Virus record (IMG/VR): IMGVR_UViG_3300011116_000547 | Span: 1-59,636 of that record | Source of the DNA: a virus | Lineage: Duplodnaviria > Caudoviricetes | Length of the DNA stretch: 59,636 nucleotides | Strand: one strand, 5' to 3' | Shown here: positions 34,982-44,610 of the stretch, piece by piece | How the letters are laid out: each line of letters begins with the position of its first letter | Position numbering within the stretch: the first letter of the stretch is position 1 | Program-made: the position numbers and the translations under genes | Notes under the pieces: generated by a model | The model's input: the letters and a program-made list of their open reading frames with translations, nothing else | Databases searched by the model: none | Told to the model about the DNA's origin: nothing

Positions 34982-36898
34982 ATGCCTTTAAAAAAAATAC
35001 CAATAAAAGCTGGATTTAATAAACAAGATACCGCAACTGCCGCTGAGGGTCAGTGGATAGATGGGGATTATGTACGCTTTCGTTATGGCTATCCTGAGAA
35101 AATAGGTGGCTGGCAACAATTACTTCCTGAAACATTAGCCGGTGTTGCAAGAGCTCAGCACACATGGACAGATTTAAGTGGAAAGAAATATGCAGCTATT
35201 GGAACAAATAAAATATTAGCTATTTATTATGAGGGAGCTTTTTATGACATTACTCCACTTGGAACAGCTTTAACATCTTGTACATTAGCTTCTACAACAT
35301 CATCAACTACTGTAACTGTTACAAAAGCAGGACATGGTTTATCAGTTGGAGATTACATTAGATTTACTTCTCCTTCTCTTGCAGGCGGAGGTGTTACAAC
35401 TTTTTCAAATGCTAATTTTACAACAAATACTTTTGAAGTAAAAACAGTTCCATCATCTTCTACTTTTACTGTCACCATGCCTGTTACAGAAGGTGGTACA
35501 GGAATGTCTGGAGGTGGTTCTACAATTACTACAACTCCTTACATATTTGTAGGTCCGGTTAATCAAACTTATGGTTATGGATGGGGAACTTCAACTTGGG
35601 GAACAGTTGCATGGGGAGAAGCATCCTCATCTCCTACCGTTGTTCTTTCTCCAGCTAGCTGGTCGCTAGATAATTTTGGACAAATATTAGTTGCAACCGT
35701 TAAAGATGGTAAAACATTTTCATGGGATCCATCCGTTGGAGGAGCTCTCACAACACGAGCGACTGCAATATCAAATGCTCCAACAAAATCTACAATGACT
35801 ATTGTATCAGATAGAGATAGACATTTAATTGCACTTGGAACAGAAACAACTATAGGATCTCCTTCTACACAAGATCCAATGTTTATAAGATTTTCAAACC
35901 AAGAAGATTACAATACTTGGGCTCCAACTGCAACAAATACTGCTGGAACATTTAGACTGGATACCGGAAACTACATTGTTGGAGCCGTACAAGGAAAAGA
36001 TTATATATTTATTTTAACGGATCAGGCAGCTTACACTATGCAATTTGTTGGTCCTCCTTTTGTATTTTCAATAAGACAGGTTGGAACGAATTGTGGGTGT
36101 ATTGGTCAGCATTCAATAGTCTTTGCTCAAGGAGCTGTGTTTTGGATGGGCTTTGGGGGAGGATTCTTTGTGTATGATGGAACTGTAAAACAATTACCAT
36201 CATTAGTTGAAGATTATGTATTTACAACAGGAGGAGGTAATTTAGGAATAAATTACAATGCCTCTGATATTGTTTATGGTTCTCACAATAGTTTATTTAA
36301 TGAAATAGTTTGGTTTTACCCAACAGCAAATTCAACAGCAGTTAATGCATCGGTAGTTTATAACTTCGTTGAAAATACTTGGACTACAATGTCACTTGCT
36401 AGAACAACTTATTCAGATGCACAAACTTATGATAAGCCATATGCTACAAAATGGAATTCAACAGCAACACCAAGTTTTCCAACTATTAATGGTGTAACAA
36501 ATACTTATGGTGCATCTATTTATTATGAACATGAAACAGGTGTTAATGAAGTAAGTTACACTGGAGTTAAAACAGCTATTCCTGCTTACATTGAATCAGG
36601 TGACTTTGATTTAGATGTAGAAGGAGATGGTCAATATTTAATGAAAATAAATAGGTTTATTCCAGACTTTAAAATCCTTACAGGAAATGCTAAGGTGACT
36701 TTATTGTTAAGAGATTATCCATCTCAAACACAAAATAGTCAGATGTTAGGACCATATACGGTTACTTCATCTACAACTAAAATAGATACAAGAGCAAGAA
36801 ATAGATTAATGAGTATTAAAGTTGAAAATGAATCTACAGATGAAAACTGGAGATATGGATTATTTAGAGTAGATATTCAACCTGATGGAAGAAGATAA
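34982..36898 (+). CDS. Tail nozzle / packaged-DNA stabilization protein
   Basis: VRFRYGYPEKIGGW; beta-propeller-like repeats; IRFSNQE, CGCIG; 638 aa. Confidence 0.75.
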   Translation: MPLKKIPIKAGFNKQDTATAAEGQWIDGDYVRFRYGYPEKIGGWQQLLPETLAGVARAQHTWTDLSGKKYAAIGTNKILAIYYEGAFYDITPLGTALTSCTLASTTSSTTVTVTKAGHGLSVGDYIRFTSPSLAGGGVTTFSNANFTTNTFEVKTVPSSSTFTVTMPVTEGGTGMSGGGSTITTTPYIFVGPVNQTYGYGWGTSTWGTVAWGEASSSPTVVLSPASWSLDNFGQILVATVKDGKTFSWDPSVGGALTTRATAISNAPTKSTMTIVSDRDRHLIALGTETTIGSPSTQDPMFIRFSNQEDYNTWAPTATNTAGTFRLDTGNYIVGAVQGKDYIFILTDQAAYTMQFVGPPFVFSIRQVGTNCGCIGQHSIVFAQGAVFWMGFGGGFFVYDGTVKQLPSLVEDYVFTTGGGNLGINYNASDIVYGSHNSLFNEIVWFYPTANSTAVNASVVYNFVENTWTTMSLARTTYSDAQTYDKPYATKWNSTATPSFPTINGVTNTYGASIYYEHETGVNEVSYTGVKTAIPAYIESGDFDLDVEGDGQYLMKINRFIPDFKILTGNAKVTLLLRDYPSQTQNSQMLGPYTVTSSTTKIDTRARNRLMSIKVENESTDENWRYGLFRVDIQPDGRR

Positions 36899-37074
36899 TG
36901 GCAAAGATTACAACATACATTCCTGAGCCGAGTCAGGAGTATTCACCGGATAATCAAAGACAAGTTTTACAAGCTTTAGAGACATTAAAAGATCAATTAA
37001 ATTTTTCTTTTCAAGAAGATTTAAGACAGGAGCTTCAAAGATTTACATGGTTTAATATGAGGTTTGGCTGCTAA
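36898..37074 (+). CDS. Small helical protein after nozzle (58 aa)
   Basis: TAATG coupling at both ends; MAKITTYIPEPSQEYSPDNQRQV... Confidence 0.7.
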   Translation: MAKITTYIPEPSQEYSPDNQRQVLQALETLKDQLNFSFQEDLRQELQRFTWFNMRFGC

Positions 37075-38306
37075 TGTCTATTTGTAATAATATCAATGAA
37101 GGTGATGGCCAACTAGTTACTTTTGGTGGAAATAATTTAGATGCATTTGGAAGACTACGTGTATCTAATCCTCTTACAATCTTTGACAGTAAAAGTATTA
37201 TGTCAAAGAACACTTTATTTGATGAATCAACTGCAAATGGAGGAACAGTTTCTTACACAGCTAATAAATCAACAGTTAATTTAAATGTAGTTGAAACAGC
37301 AGGATCTAAAACAATAAGACAATCTAAAAGAGTTATGTCTTATCAACCTGGTAAGTCTTTGCTTATTTTTAATACATTTGTAATGAATGAACCAATAGCT
37401 AATCTTAAACAAAAGGTTGGTTTATTTGATGCTAACAATGGAATCTTTTTTACAGCAGATGGTACAACTTTAAAAATAGTAAGACGAACCTATACATCAG
37501 GAGCACCTGTTGACACTGAAGTATCTCAATCATCTTGGAATGGAGATAAGTTAAATGGAACAGGGCCAAGTGGATTTACATTATCTGCTGATAAATCAAA
37601 TATATTATTTATAGATATTGAATGGTTAGGGGTTGGATCTGTTAGAGTTGGATTTGTTATTAATGGTCAATTGATTACAGCTCATACTTTTAATAATGCA
37701 AATAGTTTAACAACTGTTTATATGCAAACTGCAAATTTACCAATTAGATATGAAATTGAAAGATCTGGAACATTAGCAGCTGGAACTTATACACTGCAAC
37801 AAATATGTTCTTCTTGTATTTCTGAAGGTGGTTATTCTCCAGAAGGGTTACAAAAAATGATAGGAACATCTCAAATAAATAGTGGTGTAAATTTAACAAC
37901 AGCAAATACTTATTATAATATTGCAACTATTAAAATTAAATCATCAAGACCATATGCTGTTATAGTTCCTGCGGGAATAGACGTATTAAATATATCTAAC
38001 AATGATTTTGAATGGGGTTTATTTTTTAATGCAACACCTTCTTCTGCATTTAGTTATACAAGTTTTGATGATAATGTAGAATATGATTTAACAACAGTTG
38101 ATTTAACTGCAACAGGTACAAGAGTTGCAGGAGGTTATATGGGAGGTAAAACTGCTCCGTTTGCTTTAGGTGGAGATTTTATAGCTTTTTCAAATCAACT
38201 TGGACAAACAATTAGTGGAACATCTGATACTTTAACATTAGGTGTAAGATCCGGAACTGGAAATGGAGATGTATCTGGTTTAATTAAATGGTTTGATTTA
38301 ACATAA
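37074..38306 (+). CDS. Beta-rich virion protein (spike/lectin-like)
   Basis: DAFGRLRVS, YQPGKS, EWLGVG.VR.G, LPIRYE. Confidence 0.7.
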   Translation: MSICNNINEGDGQLVTFGGNNLDAFGRLRVSNPLTIFDSKSIMSKNTLFDESTANGGTVSYTANKSTVNLNVVETAGSKTIRQSKRVMSYQPGKSLLIFNTFVMNEPIANLKQKVGLFDANNGIFFTADGTTLKIVRRTYTSGAPVDTEVSQSSWNGDKLNGTGPSGFTLSADKSNILFIDIEWLGVGSVRVGFVINGQLITAHTFNNANSLTTVYMQTANLPIRYEIERSGTLAAGTYTLQQICSSCISEGGYSPEGLQKMIGTSQINSGVNLTTANTYYNIATIKIKSSRPYAVIVPAGIDVLNISNNDFEWGLFFNATPSSAFSYTSFDDNVEYDLTTVDLTATGTRVAGGYMGGKTAPFALGGDFIAFSNQLGQTISGTSDTLTLGVRSGTGNGDVSGLIKWFDLT

Positions 38307-38647
38307 TGGCAAATTTTTATAAAAACGCATTCTATGACCCAACTACAACATCTGTTGTTGCGGTATATACGTGTCCATCAAATGCTAATGCAATCATTCA
38401 AAATATACAAATAACAAATGAATCTGGAAGTAAAGTAGTAAAGGCATCTATTAATGATGATTCAACTTCTACCGTTTTTCAAATAGCTTATGCTTCTCTT
38501 ACAGGACCAACTATTTGTAATCTTGCAAGTGGGCCTATTATATTAGAAGAAAATGATGTTATAAGACTTGAAAGCTCTGATATTTCTGGTATAAGTGCTA
38601 CATTAGCAATATTAGAAATAAATAGAGACGATCAAAACGGACAATAG
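38306..38647 (+). CDS. Small virion structural protein
   Basis: YTCP..AII..I.N..ILEEND.I. Confidence 0.68.
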   Translation: MANFYKNAFYDPTTTSVVAVYTCPSNANAIIQNIQITNESGSKVVKASINDDSTSTVFQIAYASLTGPTICNLASGPIILEENDVIRLESSDISGISATLAILEINRDDQNGQ

Positions 38648-38649
38648 AA

Positions 38650-38784
38650 ATGTTTTATTTTTGGCATACAGCGATAGTAATATTATTCTTAGCCTTCTCA
38701 TTTTTTATGGGTTATAAAATGGGAAAGAAAAATGTTAATAAGACGGAAGAAATTAAAAGAAAATGTCCAATGGGATTTAATTAA
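38650..38784 (+). CDS. Small membrane protein ending KCPMGFN (44 aa)
   Basis: Manual translation; one TM segment; fills gap. Confidence 0.55.
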   Translation: MFYFWHTAIVILFLAFSFFMGYKMGKKNVNKTEEIKRKCPMGFN

Positions 38785-38787
38785 AAT

Positions 38788-38982
38788 ATGGATAAGAAAG
38801 AATATCATATAGATACAGAAACTGTTACAGTAATAAAGAATAAGAAAACAGGATATGTTTATAAAGATGAAGAAGAACTTAAAGCTGCAAACGTTGACCC
38901 TAATGATATTAGTCGTGATGTTGTAGTAAGAGTAACTAATAAAGGACTAGAATTGTTTAAGAAATTCATGAATGATAAATGA
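38788..38982 (+). CDS. Conserved hypothetical protein
   Basis: IKNKKTGYVYKDEEE. Confidence 0.68.
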   Translation: MDKKEYHIDTETVTVIKNKKTGYVYKDEEELKAANVDPNDISRDVVVRVTNKGLELFKKFMNDK

Positions 38983-39911
38983 AACCTAGAGGTGGAACCG
39001 AATTACAATTTGAATTTTTAGAAAAACATGTATCTAAAGAATTATTAGATCAGGTACAGATTTGTACATCTGTTCCAGGTAAAGTTCCATTACATCCAAC
39101 TAAATTAAATATCCTTTGGCAAAAAAATTCATATGATCAACCAAATCTTGCGCCTTGGTTCAAGGACAAATCTAATCATGATAAATACGATTGGTATGTA
39201 TTTAACTCTCATTGGAACTATGAAAAGTTTAGATATTACTTTGATATTCCAACACATAAATCTATTGTCATTAAAAATGGGGTAGTGCCAATTGTACCAA
39301 GAACAAGACATGTTAAAGGTGAACCTATTAAATTAATATTTCATCCAACACCATGGAGAGGATTAAATGTAATATTAGCTGCAATGCAATTAGTTAAAAA
39401 TCCACTCGTTAGTTTAGATGTATATTCTTCAACACAAGTTTATGGTGATTCATTTAAAGAAGCTAATGATGATGTATATAAAGAATTATATGACCAGGCT
39501 AAAACATTACCTAATGTAAATTACATTGGTTATAAACCTCATGAATACATAAGAGAGAATTTACATAAATATCACATCTTTGCATTTCCAAGTATTTGGG
39601 AAGAGACATTTTGTATATCGGCACTTGAAGCAATGGCCGCTGGACTTTATTGTATAACCACGGACCTTGGAGCTCTTTATGAAACAGGAGCTGAGTTTAT
39701 AACATTCATTCCTTATGAAAAATCATTTACAAGTTTAGCGCATAAATTTGCATATGCAATTGATCATGCTGCAGACACGCTAGATCATCCTGCTATCAGA
39801 CAGCATTTAGATATGCAAATAGATTACACTAATAGATTCTATAATTGGAATAAAATTGGATATGCCTGGACTAACTTTTTAAAAGGAGCTCTTAATGCAA
39901 GATTCAAGTAA
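38979..39911 (+). CDS. GT-B (family 4-like) glycosyltransferase
   Basis: GGTE, PWRGL, FPSIWEETFCISALEAMAAG. Confidence 0.88.
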   Translation: MKPRGGTELQFEFLEKHVSKELLDQVQICTSVPGKVPLHPTKLNILWQKNSYDQPNLAPWFKDKSNHDKYDWYVFNSHWNYEKFRYYFDIPTHKSIVIKNGVVPIVPRTRHVKGEPIKLIFHPTPWRGLNVILAAMQLVKNPLVSLDVYSSTQVYGDSFKEANDDVYKELYDQAKTLPNVNYIGYKPHEYIRENLHKYHIFAFPSIWEETFCISALEAMAAGLYCITTDLGALYETGAEFITFIPYEKSFTSLAHKFAYAIDHAADTLDHPAIRQHLDMQIDYTNRFYNWNKIGYAWTNFLKGALNARFK

Positions 39912-40746
39912 ACCTATTTGGTTTAAGCAACCTGAAATAAAAACAGAAACCTCTACAAGTTTTAATTTTAAAAATACAAAGTTATTAATTGCAACTCCAG
40001 TACATTCTGATGTTTCTATTCATTACACAGAGTCTTTATTATCATTACAAGGAATGGGACATTCATTAGGTCTTAGTATGGATTTTTTATTATTAAAATC
40101 TTCTTTAGTTACACAGGGTAGAAATTTATGTGTTGCCAATTTTTTAGCAAAAGAAGAATATACACATTTACTTTTTATAGATGCAGATATTTCTTTTGAG
40201 CCTTCTCTTGTGGTTAAACTATTAAATTGTGATAAAGAAGTCATATCTATTCCCTATCCAATGAAAACTATTAATTGGAATAAAATACATCAAAGAATCA
40301 AAGAGAATATTAATGCAGATGAATTATCAAAGTCTGGTTTTACTTATCCAATAAAAGTAGAAGATCAAGAAAATATAACTGTAAAGAAAGGTATTATGGA
40401 AGTTACTCATTCTCCAACAGGATTTATGTTAATAAAAAAAGAAGCTATTAAAAAGATGATTGAACACTATCCTAATTTAAAGATTATTCAACCTACTATT
40501 ATGAATGGGGAACCTACAGAAAAAGATCATTTATGGAATTTTTTTGATACTTGGTTTGATGAAAAAACAAATAGATATTACGGAGAAGATTTTGCTTTTT
40601 GTCACAAGTTTACAAATATTGGTGGTAAATGTTATTGTTATATTGAAGATTTTATAACTCATGTGGGAGAATATCAGTTTTCTGGTAGATTTAAGGACGA
40701 ATTAATAAACACCAAAATTATTGACGAATCAGATAAAAACAAGTAA
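39895..40746 (+). CDS. GT-A-fold glycosyltransferase-like protein
   Basis: IATP, GRN, HLLFIDADI (DxD), TGFMLI, GEDFAFC, HVG. Confidence 0.82.
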   Translation: MQDSSKPIWFKQPEIKTETSTSFNFKNTKLLIATPVHSDVSIHYTESLLSLQGMGHSLGLSMDFLLLKSSLVTQGRNLCVANFLAKEEYTHLLFIDADISFEPSLVVKLLNCDKEVISIPYPMKTINWNKIHQRIKENINADELSKSGFTYPIKVEDQENITVKKGIMEVTHSPTGFMLIKKEAIKKMIEHYPNLKIIQPTIMNGEPTEKDHLWNFFDTWFDEKTNRYYGEDFAFCHKFTNIGGKCYCYIEDFITHVGEYQFSGRFKDELINTKIIDESDKNK

Positions 40747-40797
40747 AGTCTACTGTTTTCAGGACTTTGTACCTGCCTTATTAACTATTATTAATTT

Positions 40798-42189
40798 ATG
40801 ACAATAGCAAGATCGCAAATGAATAGACAATTATATCAATTAGGTGGTGGCATAATGCAATTAAACAATGGCCAAGAACAACCTATATTTCCAAGACTAG
40901 AAACCCTAAGTCAAAACTTAGGTCAGGCAGAACAAACTCTTGGTGAACCTAGTAATCAATTTAATGCATCTTCTATAACAACTGCAATCACGGGTAGACC
41001 CCCTATGAATAGAGGTGGAGTTGCAAGTTTAGTTGATCGTGAAAAATATGGTTTAGGAAGTAAGATTAAAAAATTTGTAAGAAATATTATACCAAATGAA
41101 GTAGCTCAAGTTGCTTCAGTTGCAGCACCATTTGTTGCACCATTTAATCCAATACTTGCAGGAGCAATGGCAGGTCTTGGAAGTTTTGATAAAACAGGAA
41201 GAATAGGATCATCTTTATTAAGAGGTGGTTTAACTTATGCAGGAGGACAAGCTGCAAGATATCTTGGAGGGGCTGGACTTCAACAAGGCTTTAGTCCATT
41301 TGGTGGATTAGGAACAAATCCTTCTACTCTTTTAGGAGTACCTTATTCAAGTCCGATTGGACAACGAACAGGATTAGAATTGGGACAATTTTTTGAAAGC
41401 CCAGCTATGGAATTTACTACAGGTGATCAAACTGTTCAAAAACCAATTATGGAATTTACTACCGGTAGACAAGAGGGAATAGGAGAACAAATAGGAAAAA
41501 TATTTAGTCCAAGTTCAAATATTGATTTAGCAACAAGAGCTAGAACTGCCATGAATTTAACAGGTGATGTTATTAAAAATATATATACAGATCCTAGAAC
41601 AGGAAAAGTTGACTTTAGAGCAGTCATTTCTACTATTTCATTAGTGCCTAGTTATTTAGATGCTAAGAAAAAAGCTCAAGAAGCAGGTATACCACCAGAT
41701 CAATTTAATGAACAAGTTTTTAATCAAGAAAAAGAATTTTTTAGACAAAAATATGCATCAGCTACTTCAGACTCTGCTTTTGGATTAACAGCTCCAACAG
41801 GAAGAATTCCTGTAGCATCTATTCCAACGCCAGTAGTACAAGCAGCTGAAGGTGGATTAATGGATGATACTGGAGGAATATTAAGCATTAAACTAACACC
41901 AGCACAAGCTAAAGCAAAAGGTGGTATAATGGGTAGTGAGATACCTGTTAGACAAAATCCAGGTGGAATAACAGAATTGGACTTAAGAGCCAAAGGTGGA
42001 TATATTCCAGTTGGAATTAAAGAAAAAGCAGATGATGTTCCTGCTATGTTAAGTAAGAATGAATTCGTATTTACAGCAGATGCAGTAAGAGGTGCAGGTA
42101 ATGGAAATATTAACAAAGGCGCTCAAAAGATGTATAAGTTAATGAAGTCTTTAGAGAAAAAAGTTAAAAAAATTAAAAAGGTAGCATAA
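40798..42189 (+). CDS. Internal virion/ejection protein with tape-measure-like C-terminal motif
   Basis: Hydrophobic Gly/Ala helices; GGYIP..ADDVPAMLSKNEFVFTADAV; several xxGG motifs. Confidence 0.7.
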   Translation: MTIARSQMNRQLYQLGGGIMQLNNGQEQPIFPRLETLSQNLGQAEQTLGEPSNQFNASSITTAITGRPPMNRGGVASLVDREKYGLGSKIKKFVRNIIPNEVAQVASVAAPFVAPFNPILAGAMAGLGSFDKTGRIGSSLLRGGLTYAGGQAARYLGGAGLQQGFSPFGGLGTNPSTLLGVPYSSPIGQRTGLELGQFFESPAMEFTTGDQTVQKPIMEFTTGRQEGIGEQIGKIFSPSSNIDLATRARTAMNLTGDVIKNIYTDPRTGKVDFRAVISTISLVPSYLDAKKKAQEAGIPPDQFNEQVFNQEKEFFRQKYASATSDSAFGLTAPTGRIPVASIPTPVVQAAEGGLMDDTGGILSIKLTPAQAKAKGGIMGSEIPVRQNPGGITELDLRAKGGYIPVGIKEKADDVPAMLSKNEFVFTADAVRGAGNGNINKGAQKMYKLMKSLEKKVKKIKKVA

Positions 42190-43091
42190 TGGCAGAACCA
42201 CAAACAGTCATATCAAGACCGGCCCCGTACTTAGAAGCAGCTGGACAAAATTTTTTAGATTTATTAACAGCTAAAACTGGACAAGCTCCAACAGCTGAAC
42301 AACTAACAGCAATGTCACCACAGATTGCTGGACAAAATGTTTTAACACAAGCAGCACAACAAGCAGCCGCTACACAAGCTGGACTTGGTGCGTTAACCTT
42401 TGACCCTACTACAGGAGCAGTTACTGGAGCTGGAACAGGAACAGGTATTGCAGGCTATCAACCTTTCTTACAACAAGCACAAGCATATTCAGGACCAAGT
42501 GCATATCAACAATTTATGTCTCCATATCAACAAGACGTTATTAATACTACACTTGCTGAATTTGATAGACAAAGACAAATTCAACAAAGAAATATTCCAG
42601 CTGCAGCTATTGCACAAGGAGCTTTTGGTGGTGGTCGTGAAGGAGTTCAATTAGCAGAATTTGGTGCAGAGAGTTTAAGAAACAGAGCAGCATTACAAGC
42701 TCAGTTATTAGAACAAGGATTTGGTAAAGCTCAACAGGCTGCACAAACAGCTTTCTCTCAACAGCAACAACTTGCAGCATTACAACCGACTCTTGCTACA
42801 AGTGGAATTACACAACTAGGTGCTGCAGGAACACAAAACTTAGCTTATCAACAAGCACTGTTAGATGCACAAAGACAAGCTGCACAATTCGCTTATCAAG
42901 AACCATATCAAAGATTATCGGTGCTTGGTTCAGGAATAACTAGTTTATTAGCAGGACAACCTAGCGCTCCATATTCAACTCAAGTAACTCCAACAGGCGG
43001 AGCAGCTCAACAACAGCTTAGTCCTTTAAGTCAAGCTTTAGCTACTGCTGCTAACGTATACGGATTAGGTAGTATATTCGGAGGAAGATAA
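42189..43091 (+). CDS. DNA ejection/pilot protein (Gln/Ala-rich)
   Basis: FMSPYQQDVI..GAFGGGR; hydrophobic C-terminus. Confidence 0.72.
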   Translation: MAEPQTVISRPAPYLEAAGQNFLDLLTAKTGQAPTAEQLTAMSPQIAGQNVLTQAAQQAAATQAGLGALTFDPTTGAVTGAGTGTGIAGYQPFLQQAQAYSGPSAYQQFMSPYQQDVINTTLAEFDRQRQIQQRNIPAAAIAQGAFGGGREGVQLAEFGAESLRNRAALQAQLLEQGFGKAQQAAQTAFSQQQQLAALQPTLATSGITQLGAAGTQNLAYQQALLDAQRQAAQFAYQEPYQRLSVLGSGITSLLAGQPSAPYSTQVTPTGGAAQQQLSPLSQALATAANVYGLGSIFGGR

Positions 43092-43092
43092 A

Positions 43093-44601
43093 ATGTTTAA
43101 CGTATTTAAAAGACCAATGTTTAAATTAGGTGGTCAGGCTGATCAAGGATCAGGGATCATGTCTACTGTTGAACCTAGACAAAATTATATGTTTGGAAAC
43201 ATCGTTCAACCATTAACACCATTTCAAAGTACTTACACAGAACTTCCTGCTTATGCTATGAGCGGAAGAATAGGTTATGCTAATGGACCAGGACCAGTGC
43301 TTCCTGGAGCTAAGCAATCAACTATTCCTACATTTGGACAAAGAGAAGCTATTGAATCTTTATATGGAAAACAAAATATTGAAAACGCTTATCAAAAAGA
43401 AGTTCAAACATATATGGATAATATAAGAAATCTACAAGCAAGAACTGGAATGCTTTCACAAGATCCTGAGTCAGGAGGATTTATTCCTGGTGTTGAAAGA
43501 GACATTGGTAGAGCAGAAATAGAACTTGCAAAATTACAAAGTCCTGAAGGTAAAAGAGCTTTTGAAGCTAGAAAAGCACAAGAACTTAATAAAATTAGAA
43601 CAGAGGTTGGATTACCTAGTTTAGTTGTTAAAGAAGAACCTAAAGAAACTACTGGTGGAGACGACGTTGAAATAAAAGCTAAAGACTATGGAACTAAAGA
43701 AGGTAAGAAAACAGATCCAAGAGAAATAATTAAAGAAGAAGCAGATATGTTAAAAGGATTATTAAAAGATGAAGGATTAACTACAGCTGAAAATGCTTTA
43801 ATAGTTGCAAAAGCATTATCTACTCCTGGAGGATTTAACGCAAAAGTTCAAGCTGCTGCTGATCTAGCTCTTCCTATTTTAAGACAAAGATCTAAATTAG
43901 ATAGAGAAACAGTATTAGAAGCTTATAAAACATCTAAAGAAATTGAAAAAGCTAAAATAGCTGCAGGTAAGAGAAGTCCTACTCAAGAAATATTAGAAGA
44001 ATCTGTTCAAGCGCAATTAAGTGTAGCTAAAAAAACAAAAGATCCAGTTACAGGTGAAACTTTATATAATGGAAAAACAAAAGATCAAATAAGAAATCAA
44101 GTATACGCTGCTTACACTCAAAAAATACCTTATGCACAACAACAAGCTGCAGCTGCACAAATAGAAAAAGCTAAAGAAAATATTGCAAGAATAACGGAAG
44201 AAGCTGCAAAAAAACAAAAACAACCTGATCAAAAAGTGATTGATAAATACAAAAGAGATATTGAATTAGCAGAAAAACTTTTATCTGGTCAGTTATATGC
44301 AAAAGGTGGAAGAGTTAAAAAACAATTAGGTGGTATGAGTAATGAAACTGAAACAGATACTCAAACATCAGAAGTATTAGTAGATACTAATGTCGAGGGT
44401 GTTCCAGAAAAACCTGTTCAAAAATTAAGCTTTGAAGAAATTAGAACCAGACTTCCAAAAGAAATAACAGATGACATTGTTAGACTTATTGCAAACAGTG
44501 CGGAAGCATTACAAGATTTTTCTTACATAAGAACTCAACAAGATGTAAATGAATTTAATATTAAATATGGAGTTAATCTAGTATTACCTCAAGGCGCATA
44601 G
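43093..44601 (+). CDS. Internal virion/ejection protein
   Basis: FKRPMFKLGG, GRIGYANG, YAKGGRV; helical. Confidence 0.68.
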   Translation: MFNVFKRPMFKLGGQADQGSGIMSTVEPRQNYMFGNIVQPLTPFQSTYTELPAYAMSGRIGYANGPGPVLPGAKQSTIPTFGQREAIESLYGKQNIENAYQKEVQTYMDNIRNLQARTGMLSQDPESGGFIPGVERDIGRAEIELAKLQSPEGKRAFEARKAQELNKIRTEVGLPSLVVKEEPKETTGGDDVEIKAKDYGTKEGKKTDPREIIKEEADMLKGLLKDEGLTTAENALIVAKALSTPGGFNAKVQAAADLALPILRQRSKLDRETVLEAYKTSKEIEKAKIAAGKRSPTQEILEESVQAQLSVAKKTKDPVTGETLYNGKTKDQIRNQVYAAYTQKIPYAQQQAAAAQIEKAKENIARITEEAAKKQKQPDQKVIDKYKRDIELAEKLLSGQLYAKGGRVKKQLGGMSNETETDTQTSEVLVDTNVEGVPEKPVQKLSFEEIRTRLPKEITDDIVRLIANSAEALQDFSYIRTQQDVNEFNIKYGVNLVLPQGA

Positions 44602-44610
44602 GAGTAGGCT

